From assembly GCA_965208325.1 (NCBI GenBank), contig OZ242326.1:4480001-4544000 (forward strand): DNA of 64,000 nt, written 5' to 3'. Below the pieces are notes generated by a model. The model ran no database searches, was not told the DNA's origin, and saw only the letters and a program-made list of their open reading frames with translations. This stretch comes from Candidatus Poribacteria bacterium. Its GTDB lineage: Bacteria; Poribacteria; WGA-4E; PCPOR2b. A program made the position numbers and the translations under genes. This document shows, one piece after another, positions 30,993 to 41,155 of this stretch. Position 1 is the stretch's first letter. Every line of letters begins with the position of its first letter.

Positions 30993-32303
30993 TCATTCCG
31001 ATGAGGATGCAACCTCTTCATCAATTTCCATCAGGCGATTGTATTTTACAACGCGTTCACCCCGTGATGGACCTACCTTAACAAAGTCGGCGCCCACGGC
31101 TGCAGCGAGGTCAATAATTAGCGTGTCCGTAGTTTCACCGCCGCCTCGATGGGAAACAATGACTTTAAGTCCGTGCTTTTTGGCTAGCGTTACCGCTTCG
31201 ACGGTCTCACTGAGTGTCCCAACCTGGTTTGGCTTAATCAGGATGGCATTTATCGCTTTGAGATCGATGGCTTTTTGCAGGCGAGTCACGTTAGTTGTGG
31301 TGAGATCGTCACCAACGATTATCACGCTCTGACCTAAGCGTTCGTTAAGCAGCGTCCATGAATCCCAATCGTCCTCTCCGAGGCCGTCTTCAATCGAGAA
31401 AATTGGAAATTCGCGGACCAATTCTTCATAATAGCGGATGAGCTGTTCAGCGGAGAGGGTTCTGTCCTCCCGTTCGAGGCGGTAAGAACCGTCACTGTAG
31501 AATTCTGATGCAGCAGGGTCGAGCGCTATGGCGACCTCATCCATCGGCTCATAACCGGCATCGACAATCGCCTTTTGAATGTAGATTAAGGGCTCATTAT
31601 TCGATGGGATTCCGGCTGGTGCGTACGCACCTTCCAGTCCTACATTCATGGGGTACCCGTGGGCTTTGAGCACTTTTCCGAGCGTATGGTAGATTTCGAT
31701 GCCGGCTCGCACCGCGTCTCGGGAATTCACATCGGCGCGAATGCCTACCATATATTCCTGCAGATCTGTAGAATCGTCTGCGTGACACCCGCCTTCAATG
31801 ACAACCATCATGGGTTTCGGCAGATACGGTTTTTCGCCTGCCAAAGTGTACGTTTCCCTGATATACTGATAAAGCGGTAAAGCCCGCGCGTTGCATGCGG
31901 CCCGGGCGCATGCGAGTGAAACGCTGAGAATAGAGTTACCCCCAATATTTTCCCTTCTGGGAGTCTCATCCAAAGCAATTAACTGGGCATCAATCCCTTT
32001 CTGGTCGAACACGTCGGTACCGGCAATTACCGGCGCAATCACGTTGTTCACATTATGGGTTGCCTGGAGCATTCCGCGGCCGCCGTACCTTGCCGGATCG
32101 CCGTCTAACAAGGTTAAGGCTTCGTATCTCCCTGCTGAAGAACCGAACGGGACGGATGCGATTCCAGTGATTCCGCTTTCTAACGTCACAATAGTCTCAA
32201 TCGTGGGGTTTGCGCCGCTGCTCAGAATCTCTCGTGCTCGAATGGTTTTAATTTTTGCGTTCAACCGGGTAATCTGCCTTTCTGGATGTGTGGGGGTGTT
32301 CAA
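30993..32303 (-). CDS. eno: Enolase (divergent)
   Basis: GGNSILSVSLA, LDPAASEF, SIEDGL.EDDW, VGDDL..TN, ILIKPNQVGT, SHR..ET, RGERVVKYNRL. Confidence 0.9.
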   Translation of the reverse strand: MNTPTHPERQITRLNAKIKTIRAREILSSGANPTIETIVTLESGITGIASVPFGSSAGRYEALTLLDGDPARYGGRGMLQATHNVNNVIAPVIAGTDVFDQKGIDAQLIALDETPRRENIGGNSILSVSLACARAACNARALPLYQYIRETYTLAGEKPYLPKPMMVVIEGGCHADDSTDLQEYMVGIRADVNSRDAVRAGIEIYHTLGKVLKAHGYPMNVGLEGAYAPAGIPSNNEPLIYIQKAIVDAGYEPMDEVAIALDPAASEFYSDGSYRLEREDRTLSAEQLIRYYEELVREFPIFSIEDGLGEDDWDSWTLLNERLGQSVIIVGDDLTTTNVTRLQKAIDLKAINAILIKPNQVGTLSETVEAVTLAKKHGLKVIVSHRGGGETTDTLIIDLAAAVGADFVKVGPSRGERVVKYNRLMEIDEEVASSSE

Positions 32304-33259
32304 GGTTAACCTCAGTATTATACCATTATTATGTATTTATAGTGGATTTTACTTACGCCTAATGTAAGGTTACGGCACACGGCGTGTGCGAAATACGTTA
32401 TCGCGGCTGGAAGCCGCTCCCACAGGGGAAGGTTAAAGTAAATTCATGTAAAGACTATCGCCTGCGCTATTCGGGGATTGGCTGTGCGGGGGTGGGGTCA
32501 TTGGAAGGGAGGAAGGATGGAAGGGGTTGCGATTGGCGATGCTGTCTGAACTGTGATTAAATGATGGGGTATGATTAAGGGAGTGTATAAGTATTCGGAA
32601 GTTGATTGGATTGAGGGCGGTTTTTAAGATTGAAGTCCGTTTAAGACTATCGCCCTCCCTATTCAGTCGGTTGATCGTTGGGTTTCGCTACATCTATTGG
32701 ATCTTGTACATGGTTAGGTTGACAGTGTTATTCGTTTAAGTGTGCGGTTTTTGAATGGATCCGCTCTACCCAACCTACAAGAGCAAGATGAAGGGACGTT
32801 ATTTGGATATTGCGGCGCGTATGGTGTGTGCATGGTATGTTGGGCGGAAATCGTTTGTAGAAAGGTTACGGCACACGGCGTGTGCGAAATACGTTATCGC
32901 GGCTGGAAGCCGCTCCTACAGGGTTTACTTGCCCCCAATGTTTAGACAGCTATGGCGGTCTGTTAATGGGTAAATTGAGTTGGAGGTAATACGTTTTCAC
33001 GCAAAGGTTACGGCACACGGAGTGTGCCTACTACTATGTGCGGGGCAAGATGCCCCGCCTACGGGTGAAGAGAATGAAACAACCGAAAGTGATATACTTG
33101 GTTTGGACGACGAACCTACCGCCGCGTACGAATCAACATTGTTTTACTATGGCATAGAACTCGGAATCAATCTATGCTATAATAAAAATATCGTCCAGCA
33201 GCGTACTCCGAGCGAAATCTGCTGGAAATTGGCGCATATAATTCAAAGGGGACGAACGG

Positions 33260-34288
33260 ATGGCGACATCGCGGCGGATTCAGGCGGATAGACTTCGGGA
33301 CTTTTGCACACAACTCTTTAAGGCTGTGGGGACACCGTCAGACATTGCGGTGGTAGAGGCCCGAATTCTTGTCAATTCTGACCTCAAGGGACATCTCTCC
33401 CACGGTGTCTTTCAGATTCCCGGTTATATTCAATCAATAGAAGATAAGGGGTTAATACCTGACGGCACTCCCGAGATAGTACGACAGACAGCGAGCACAG
33501 CTTTTGTGGATTCTAAACTGTGTTGGGGGCACTATGCCGGCGAATGGTGTATGAACCTAGCGATTGAGAAAGCGCGCACTACAGGCATGGGGTCGGTCAG
33601 TATCACAAATTCTCATCATATCGGTAGATTGGGTGAATACGCGGAGCAAGCCGCCGCAGCGGGCTTTGCCTCCCTCCTTGTGACCGGCGGGAAATCAGCA
33701 GGCGGCGCAAGTCCGTTTGGCGGCGCTGAAGGTGCGTTGGGCACGAATCCCATTGCGTTCGGTTTTCCAAGTGCAGATGGGAGGCATTTCGTCTCGGATT
33801 TTGCCACTACCGCAATCGCGGGTGCAAAAATCCACATTGCACGTATTAAAGGGACGGAACTTCCTCCCGGGTCGATCATTGACAAGCATGGGCATCCGAG
33901 TGTTGATCCCGAAGACTTTTTCGCTGGCGGACGGCTTCTCGTCTTCGGCGGGTACAAGGGGTATGCCATTTCATTGGTGACATGCCTGCTCGGCGGTTTA
34001 GCCGGCGTGGTTCCGAATTCAGGCGACGTGGGGGGAACCTATTTTCAAGCGATTGACATCGGCGCTTTCCAGCCGCTTGAGGATTATCAATCGGCCGTGC
34101 AGTCATTCATGAATGATTTCCGAGCTATCCCGCCGGCGCCGGGATTCTCGGAAGTAATGGTGCCTGGCGACCCGGAACGGAACAAGGAAGCAGAACAATT
34201 GCGCGAAGGGATTGATCTGCCTGAGAAGATTTGCCAAGAATTGCTGGAATACGCCGAGAAATACAGCGTTACAGCTACTCTAGGATAG
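33260..34288 (+). CDS. Ldh_2 (malate/L-lactate/L-sulfolactate dehydrogenase-like) oxidoreductase
   Basis: DLKGHLSHG, HHIGRLGEYAE, GTNPIAF, DFATT, GGYKGYA, VPGDPE. Confidence 0.92.
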   Translation: MATSRRIQADRLRDFCTQLFKAVGTPSDIAVVEARILVNSDLKGHLSHGVFQIPGYIQSIEDKGLIPDGTPEIVRQTASTAFVDSKLCWGHYAGEWCMNLAIEKARTTGMGSVSITNSHHIGRLGEYAEQAAAAGFASLLVTGGKSAGGASPFGGAEGALGTNPIAFGFPSADGRHFVSDFATTAIAGAKIHIARIKGTELPPGSIIDKHGHPSVDPEDFFAGGRLLVFGGYKGYAISLVTCLLGGLAGVVPNSGDVGGTYFQAIDIGAFQPLEDYQSAVQSFMNDFRAIPPAPGFSEVMVPGDPERNKEAEQLREGIDLPEKICQELLEYAEKYSVTATLG

Positions 34289-34482
34289 AACAGCACCCTC
34301 GGCGCTATATCCTTGAGCTGGAGCATTCGAAGAAATTTGAAGCGTTACGGATGCGAAGGATTTGAGCGAAGAATGGCGCCGCACAGCGCTAGTTCAGTAG
34401 GTTTAATCGAGCACGCAGTAGTATAGGCGGCATCATTATCAAGCTAAGCCGATTCTTAAAAAAAACCTAGGGGAGTAACCTC

Positions 34483-35274
34483 ATGACAGAAGAACAGGTC
34501 AACTATTTTCGGACATTTGGGTTTATCCAATTCAAAGATTTTCTTGAGCCGGAAGAGGTAGAAACGCTGTCGGAGGCTTTTGAGGAAGCCATGTTAAAGG
34601 GACGCAACGGTGCACCGCCGCCGAAGCCGAATGAGCCGAGGCAACAGATAAATAATAGTATTCCACCGCATATCTCATTCTTCGACCTCAACCCTGACGT
34701 GTTTTATCCGTTATTGGTCGATGAACGGTTCGTCGATGTGTTCCGAAACTTGCTTGGCGACGACTTTATCCTTCCTATTAGTGAGGGGATTCTCCATACC
34801 GCCGGATCCGACTGGCACCACGACAACGTTGCCGAACCGCCTTACTTTACGATGCGTGCGCATATCTATTTGGATCACCTTGGTCCGGAGGATGGTTGCC
34901 TCAATGTTATACCGGGCAGCCATTTTAGTGAGTTCCGGGAAGCGCTTGCCGAGAATATTGGCGGGTTGGGGGTAGGTGCAAAGGACGTGCCGGGCCGGTT
35001 TGCCCTCGTGAACGAGCCGAGGGATGTTATTTTTCTGAATCATAAGACGCACCATTCTGCTTTGAGCGACAGACCCTACCGCCGGTGTATCCATATTAAC
35101 GCTATCAAGCCTAGGCATACGGAATCGGTGCCCGAACAGATTGAGACATTGAAAAACAGCTTGCATGCAAAATATGCGGAAACACGGATTACGGCTGCTG
35201 CCGCGTTGAAGCGGATTGGCACCCCCGAAGCGTTGGCGGCGCTTGAAGCTCACGAAACGTCGAGTCTGGATTGA
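34483..35274 (+). CDS. PhyH family protein with C-terminal HEAT-like repeat (paralog of 17258-18124)
   Basis: WHHD, GCLNVIPGSH, tail ETRITAAAALKRIGTPEAL. Confidence 0.88.
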   Translation: MTEEQVNYFRTFGFIQFKDFLEPEEVETLSEAFEEAMLKGRNGAPPPKPNEPRQQINNSIPPHISFFDLNPDVFYPLLVDERFVDVFRNLLGDDFILPISEGILHTAGSDWHHDNVAEPPYFTMRAHIYLDHLGPEDGCLNVIPGSHFSEFREALAENIGGLGVGAKDVPGRFALVNEPRDVIFLNHKTHHSALSDRPYRRCIHINAIKPRHTESVPEQIETLKNSLHAKYAETRITAAAALKRIGTPEALAALEAHETSSLD

Positions 35275-35429
35275 GATTAGCGTGCCTCAATGTGTAGCTG
35301 CGTCGTCGGAAAGTTGGAAACAACGCGCCCGAGGCACGATTACGATTTGACCGCGTATACTCTACAGTATCGCGATGCGACACCTTCGCTAATGGACAAG
35401 GTACGAGTATTTCTGATTAACTGGAGATT

Positions 35430-36191
35430 GTGATGGCATCCTCCATACACATCACCGATGCGCAAAAACAGCAGTTTGAGGAAGACGGCTATTTCATTCT
35501 AAATAGCGTTATCCCGTCTCATTTTCTGAAATTGCTTCGAGGCGAATGCCAGACGTTCATTGATCAGGCGAACGCCGAAATGGATAAGCAAAACACGGAC
35601 AGCCTGGGCCTCAACCACCGGAACAAACGCTATTTTGTCGCCAACTGCTTTAGACAGCAGCCGAAGCTACGTACATTCCTTTTCAGCGATTTGATGGCGG
35701 AAGTCTGCCGTGCGACGCTCGGGGATACGGCATACCTTTTCTGGGAACAGTATGTCGTGAAAGGTGCAGACGGCGGCATGAAGTTTGGCTGGCACCAGGA
35801 TTCAGGGTATGTTGGCTACCCGGACCACAAGCCTTATTTGACCTGCTGGTGTGCGTTGGACGATATGACGGAGGAAAACGGCACTGCTTACATCATGCCC
35901 TTTTCTCGGATCGGCATCCGCTCATGGGTGAAACATTTTCATGAAGAAGGCAGCAATGACCGAATCGGGTATTTCGGAGACGATCCCGGAATTCCGGTAA
36001 TTGCGCCGGCGGGGAGCATTGCGGTATTTACCAGTATTAACTTTCACCGCAGCGGGCCGAATCGGACTAGCCGATTGCGCCGCACATATTTGGCGCAATA
36101 TTCCGCCGAGCCGATTCTTTCTGCGGACGGCGCTAAATTGTGGGGAAACGCGGAGCCGTTGATGGTTGATGGGAATCGGTGCGCACCGTAA
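35430..36191 (+). CDS. PhyH family dioxygenase
   Basis: WHQDSGY, WCALDD..EENG, FHRSGPN...RR. Confidence 0.9.
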   Translation: MMASSIHITDAQKQQFEEDGYFILNSVIPSHFLKLLRGECQTFIDQANAEMDKQNTDSLGLNHRNKRYFVANCFRQQPKLRTFLFSDLMAEVCRATLGDTAYLFWEQYVVKGADGGMKFGWHQDSGYVGYPDHKPYLTCWCALDDMTEENGTAYIMPFSRIGIRSWVKHFHEEGSNDRIGYFGDDPGIPVIAPAGSIAVFTSINFHRSGPNRTSRLRRTYLAQYSAEPILSADGAKLWGNAEPLMVDGNRCAP

Positions 36192-36232
36192 GCGGGGAAC
36201 ACAGGATTCTAACGCGACGAAAAGAGGGCGAT

Positions 36233-37156
36233 ATGGCGCCGGAACTTGAATTGAAAATTGATGTGCCGAAGGTGCTTGACGAGCGGATGGTCAATTCCTT
36301 CGTTGAGATGGGCTATCTCGCCGTTCCGGAATTGGTTTGCCCTGACGAAATCGAGGAGTTGCGCCGCGATGCCGCCAAATTAGCTCGCGGCGATTATCCA
36401 AACGAAGGTTCAGAATCCTTACCGGCTGGACTCAGCGATGAGGAGGCGTTGCAATACATCCTGTGTATTCATCAGCCGCACTTTGTCAGTCTCGTCATGC
36501 AGAGGTACGTGAAGCATCCGAGGATTTGCGGCGCGTTAAGCCAACTTGCGGCGGCGCATCTGCCGTATTGGGACGGCAGCGTGAAGTGCATGCAGTCGAT
36601 GCTATTCGTCAAACCGGCGGGGTTTCAAGGACAGGCGTGGCATCAGGACGAGATTTACATTCCGACGCGCGACCGCTCCTTGATTGGCGCATGGATTGCC
36701 ATGGATGATGCGACCGTCGAAAACGGATGCTTGTGGGTGCTTCCCGGCTCGCACCGCACGGGTTACCTATACCCGCAGCGGAACCACAACCGCCCCGACG
36801 AGTTCGATTTTTCCCAAGAGAGTTTCGGTTTCGATGATTCCGGCGAAATTCCGGTCGAGGTGCAGACAGGAACAGTCGTATTCTTCAACGGTTATCTGTT
36901 ACACCGTTCTCGAAAGAACCGCGGCGACGACTTTCGGCGCGTTCTGGTGAATCACTATTGCAATGCGTGGTCGCTGCTTCCGTGGGGTTTGCGAGATGGT
37001 GAACACCCCGCGAATGCAGATCGGCGCTGTATCGTACCGGTTGCGGGAATCGATCCCTATGCGTGGAAGGGTTACGAGGCGCCGCCGCAACGCTTTCATT
37101 TGCGTATGTGCAAAGCCGTCGAGGAACGGCGGGCGGAACTAGAAGCGACGAAGTAG
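36233..37156 (+). CDS. PhyH family dioxygenase
   Basis: WHQDE, WIAMDDAT.ENGCL..LPGSH, LHRSRKN; start likely ATG 36233 after GAGGG. Confidence 0.9.
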   Translation: MAPELELKIDVPKVLDERMVNSFVEMGYLAVPELVCPDEIEELRRDAAKLARGDYPNEGSESLPAGLSDEEALQYILCIHQPHFVSLVMQRYVKHPRICGALSQLAAAHLPYWDGSVKCMQSMLFVKPAGFQGQAWHQDEIYIPTRDRSLIGAWIAMDDATVENGCLWVLPGSHRTGYLYPQRNHNRPDEFDFSQESFGFDDSGEIPVEVQTGTVVFFNGYLLHRSRKNRGDDFRRVLVNHYCNAWSLLPWGLRDGEHPANADRRCIVPVAGIDPYAWKGYEAPPQRFHLRMCKAVEERRAELEATK

Positions 37157-37262
37157 AGGTTTGAGAATCGATGCCGTCTGGAGCAGCATAACATGTACTT
37201 GGGTTTCTGACTAGGGTGAATTGCAAAAATTTGACAATTAGCGTTAAAATTTATGTGCGGAG

Positions 37263-37940
37263 GTGTTTTTCATGAAAATCCGGTTCGACAAACTGCTAAT
37301 TGGGTCAATTGTTGCCGCTCTGCTCATTGCGGGCGGTGCGTATTTCGGAGGACGCTGGATTTATCGAGATTTACCGGGTGATACGTCAAAACGCCCGACA
37401 CCGCCCACGATAGAGAAAGATTCCATAGGTGCCAGAGACGATGGAGGCAGGGTATCGGCGCCGAGTTTTCCGAGCCGCCGCAGCAGTGACGACGCTTCCG
37501 CAGATTCATCCGTGCTCAGCGGCGAAGCCGATCGAGTCACGGCGGACCTGGAGCAGACGAGGCGGCACCTGAAAGCGTGGGGCGATGATTATCTTAAACA
37601 ATTCCCGGATGTGCCTGCGGTCGAGGCAACTGTCAAAGGCCTTCAGGAACTACTGGTGCGGGTTGCCGACCGAAACCAGCAATTGAAGCAAGAAGGCGTT
37701 CCGATGGATGCGCGAATGAGGGAACTCGCCAAATTTGCCGAGAAAACCTCGGACGACATCGTAACGCGGAGACGTACCAAGGAACTTCACATCCAGTTGC
37801 TTCGTGAAAACACTGAGTTGAAGTTGAAAATTGACCGTTACATGCATAGCAATCAATATTTCCTACTTTTCCCACCTTACCTGCTGGGGTTGAGCGAGGA
37901 AGAATTACACGCGCTTCAGCATGAACATCATCACAACTAG
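37263..37940 (+). CDS. Hypothetical membrane-anchored protein
   Basis: N-terminal TM segment, helical C-terminus; GGAGGTG upstream (true start may be ATG 37272). Confidence 0.7.
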   Translation: MFFMKIRFDKLLIGSIVAALLIAGGAYFGGRWIYRDLPGDTSKRPTPPTIEKDSIGARDDGGRVSAPSFPSRRSSDDASADSSVLSGEADRVTADLEQTRRHLKAWGDDYLKQFPDVPAVEATVKGLQELLVRVADRNQQLKQEGVPMDARMRELAKFAEKTSDDIVTRRRTKELHIQLLRENTELKLKIDRYMHSNQYFLLFPPYLLGLSEEELHALQHEHHHN

Positions 37941-38010
37941 CCTTAGCTGAGACAGGGGTAACCTAGTTCACCTAACATATCAAATAATAATTCGATAAGG
38001 AGACCGATAA

Positions 38011-38511
38011 ATGCGCATGCATAAAAACTCAATCCGCGCTTTAGTGATAGCAATTTTTTCTCTGACTACGGTGTTTGTGTTTTTTACAGTTGCCTCGTAC
38101 GCGATTTCTGTAGACAAGGGGTGCAATTCTAGTATTTGGACTCCGTGGTATTACTTTGGATCAACAGATGTTAAGTTAAAAACTCATGGTTACGCCGAAC
38201 ACCTTCGGGTATGGCTTTTCGACCACCAGATACACGTTCATATCGGCGGGGGTCGCGCTTATGCAAGCGCAGGATATGATCGGGAAGTGGCAGATCCGCC
38301 TCTGTCTGATGATGGCCCCCGTGAAAAAACATTCAATTTTTATATTTCCTCCACTAATTCCCCAAATGACCTCAGCGATCTCGCTAATTTCAAGGTTTCT
38401 GCGACAATTCGAGCGTATGCGACTGAAACCGCTTATACATACGGTTATGTAAGGGAAGGCAACCCTGGTGAGGAAGGCTACTCCGTCGCGTCCTCATGCA
38501 CAGGGCAATGA
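38011..38511 (+). CDS. Hypothetical secreted protein
   Basis: TAAGGAG RBS; signal peptide ending ASYA; Cys near both ends of the mature part. Confidence 0.75.
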   Translation: MRMHKNSIRALVIAIFSLTTVFVFFTVASYAISVDKGCNSSIWTPWYYFGSTDVKLKTHGYAEHLRVWLFDHQIHVHIGGGRAYASAGYDREVADPPLSDDGPREKTFNFYISSTNSPNDLSDLANFKVSATIRAYATETAYTYGYVREGNPGEEGYSVASSCTGQ

Positions 38512-38527
38512 AAAGGAAAACTGATGA

Positions 38528-39622
38528 ATGAAATCCCTTAGAACATTGCTCTGTTTATGCGCCGTTGCCATTGTCGTGGCTTTAGGCGTTGCTATCGTGA
38601 TACTCAAGCAAGGTTCCCTTTCCAATCTAAGCGACACCGGGTCGAGGGAGTCTTTTAAGGACAATTTCACAACCAGCGAGGCTACTTTGTCCACGCCAAA
38701 AGCCGACGGTCGAACGAAGGGAGGCGGTTCCACCTCTGGTAACGGTGTTGCAGACCCGAAACCGGTTCATCAAGCGATGTCAGGCGGACACACAATGGCT
38801 GATTCGTCCCTCACCCCGGAGGTTCCGATTTGGTTTCCGGATGGGACGCTTGTGCCGCAACCTCCGCAGAGAACATTAGAAGAGGACGTAGCACTTGTAA
38901 AACGCTTTCTTGAGTTTTATGACAAAGATTCATCAACGATTGGCGTTGTTGACCGGGGAGGCGGCAAGTATTTCCCGCTATACCCAAACACAGTCTACCT
39001 TACACCCATAAAGCGTGTAAATGAACAGGGACAGGAGCATTGGATAGGGCAAACCGCTTTCGGTACGGCAGGGATACCCGATGATGCGCCAATCCCCGCG
39101 GGCGTAAGAGTTATAGAACTCAGCCCGCAGGGCGATCCGATTCGGGAGTACATTGCATCTGGTGATTGGCGGGAGTACCTATTAGAACAAGGTGTCGACC
39201 CGACTCAGCTTGAGGACATTCTTGCCGAATTGGAAAAGGTGGGTGATCCTACGAAAGGGGCTAACACTGCTGTCGTTGACGCGATGAACGACGAAGGGAT
39301 TGCCGACACGGTGACCTATCCCGATCAAACCGATGACTTCGCCGAGAATTACCCGCACGATGAAGTAGACGCGGAGTCGTCTGACCAGTCAACGCGGGCG
39401 GATAGAGAACAGCGATTGCGTTCGTTAATGCGTAAATTGGAACTTGAAGACGAAGAATACCGTCAGGAGAGGGAAAACGCTGAAACGGTAGAACGGCAAA
39501 TTCGACCGCAAGTGCGCGAAGAGCCCGATAACCCGGAAGAAATCCTCAAGCGAGGTAGGGTTGCGGGGAATGACAGGGAGACTGAAGAAGAATCTGGAAA
39601 GTATGCATCGCCACCAGATTAA
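38528..39622 (+). CDS. Hypothetical membrane-anchored protein with acidic, low-complexity C-terminus
   Basis: N-terminal TM segment; YFPLYPNTVY core motif; followed by terminator. Confidence 0.75.
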   Translation: MKSLRTLLCLCAVAIVVALGVAIVILKQGSLSNLSDTGSRESFKDNFTTSEATLSTPKADGRTKGGGSTSGNGVADPKPVHQAMSGGHTMADSSLTPEVPIWFPDGTLVPQPPQRTLEEDVALVKRFLEFYDKDSSTIGVVDRGGGKYFPLYPNTVYLTPIKRVNEQGQEHWIGQTAFGTAGIPDDAPIPAGVRVIELSPQGDPIREYIASGDWREYLLEQGVDPTQLEDILAELEKVGDPTKGANTAVVDAMNDEGIADTVTYPDQTDDFAENYPHDEVDAESSDQSTRADREQRLRSLMRKLELEDEEYRQERENAETVERQIRPQVREEPDNPEEILKRGRVAGNDRETEEESGKYASPPD

Positions 39623-39644
39623 TTTACCCTAATGAAGGCCAATG

Positions 39645-39676
39645 AAGCCCGAGGAATCGCACCTCGGGCTTTTTTT
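39645..39676 (+). terminator. Rho-independent terminator
   Basis: AAGCCCGAGG-AATCGCA-CCTCGGGCTT followed by further Ts. Confidence 0.85.
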
Positions 39677-39773
39677 GTGCATAGAAGTCATTTGGTTCCG
39701 CCGAAACAGAGTAAAAGTTGTGGACGCAAATCGCTCCCTTAACTGCGTTAGTTTAACTTGGTACGCATTTCAA

Positions 39774-40565
39774 TTAGGCTAGATAAATGGGCAAGCTGCT
39801 GTCGGCGCCGCGGTAATCATCATGCTTGCCGGACAGCCATAAGAATACTTCGGCGGTATCATTGAAAGCCCGGTGCGCCTCCCGTCCGTATGGGAAATGG
39901 CCTGACCGCATATTATAGAGGTCGTCCATGTTGAAATCCGGTTCGACAATCCAGTCGCGCTCCGGCGGCACGGTACGTACGTACCAGTATTTCAACATAT
40001 TGCGAACGCCGGTTGCAGTGGATGCTCCCTTTCGGTGCCACAATTGATAGATGGTAACGAAGATAGACCCTGCGGGCGCCGCCGTTGAAATGACGCCGCG
40101 AATCCCCGTGTAGTGCGCCATGTAACTCTGCAGTGCGAAGAAGTAATGCGAACCGGGCACCACGTCGGTCGGCCCCATTTCAACAGGGGTATCGTGCGGA
40201 TAATAAAAAACCTGTAACGCGTCTATTTTAGGACCGTAAATCGAGCCGCCATCACGGTGCCAATGCTGCGGCGGTGCAGGGCAATTCGCGCGATGGTTGC
40301 TCATGAAAATGGGCAGTTGGAAATTTCGACCCAATAACGTCCGGATGATTCCGGCCGCTTGGGGATTGAGAATCACATTGTCTACAAACCAATCATGCTG
40401 GAGGATACCGTCTGCGTCATCGGGCTGAATGTCTGCAAGAAAATCTACTGTTTTTCGGTTTATCTCGTCGGGAACAACTGCCTCCAGCATTAGAAACCCT
40501 TTTTGGCAGAAGTTGTACACCTGGGTGTCTGTCATTGTTGGTTCGCAATCAAAGGTTCGTTTCAT
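39774..40565 (-). CDS. PhyH family dioxygenase
   Basis: WHRDGG, LQVFYYP.DTP.EMGPT.VVPGSH, LWHRK. Confidence 0.85.
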   Translation of the reverse strand: MKRTFDCEPTMTDTQVYNFCQKGFLMLEAVVPDEINRKTVDFLADIQPDDADGILQHDWFVDNVILNPQAAGIIRTLLGRNFQLPIFMSNHRANCPAPPQHWHRDGGSIYGPKIDALQVFYYPHDTPVEMGPTDVVPGSHYFFALQSYMAHYTGIRGVISTAAPAGSIFVTIYQLWHRKGASTATGVRNMLKYWYVRTVPPERDWIVEPDFNMDDLYNMRSGHFPYGREAHRAFNDTAEVFLWLSGKHDDYRGADSSLPIYLA

Positions 40566-40566
40566 T

Positions 40567-40942
40567 ATAGATAGACTCCATTTTTTAAATTGATTTTGGA
40601 TTGTGGATAAAAAATCTGGATGTTAATCCTGACATGCTTTCAGTATTTCCGCGCTGTGTTACTGTGTTCGCTGTGAAATATGAAATGACGGGGTATGTTT
40701 CCTCTCAAGAAACCGACTGATTGAAAATCGAGGCTAGGAAGCCTCTCCCACAAAATAGATAGACTCCATATGTTGAATTGAATTTAGATTGTGGATAAAA
40801 AGTCTGGATGTCTATCCTGACATGCTTTCAGTATTTGCGTGCTGTGTTACTGTGTTCGCTGTGAAATATGAAATGACGGGGTATGTTTCCTCTTGAGAAG
40901 CTGACTGATTGAAAATCGAGGCTATGAAGCCTCTCCCACAAA
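40567..40942. repeat. 188-bp tandem duplication, each copy ending in a GTGGGAG-type REP
   Basis: ATAGATAGACTCCA...ATCGAGGCTA(G/T)GAAGCCTCTCCCACAAA begins at 40567 and 40755. Confidence 0.93.
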
Positions 40943-41155
40943 TGAATAAGTATAGGAGTTACGCAGTTGAACGATTGGGTGTTGTAGTTTAATGCTTCAT
41001 CACCAATGCGGGGCATGGGGAAAACTATCGCATTCGCAATCCGCTCAATTGATCCCCGCTTACGGAGGGTAGTGGGGTACTATACACCTTCGGCCCTCTT
41101 GGCGCTGTATAAAATGCATTTTCGAACAAGTTCTAAGGTACGATTCGCTTGCAGG

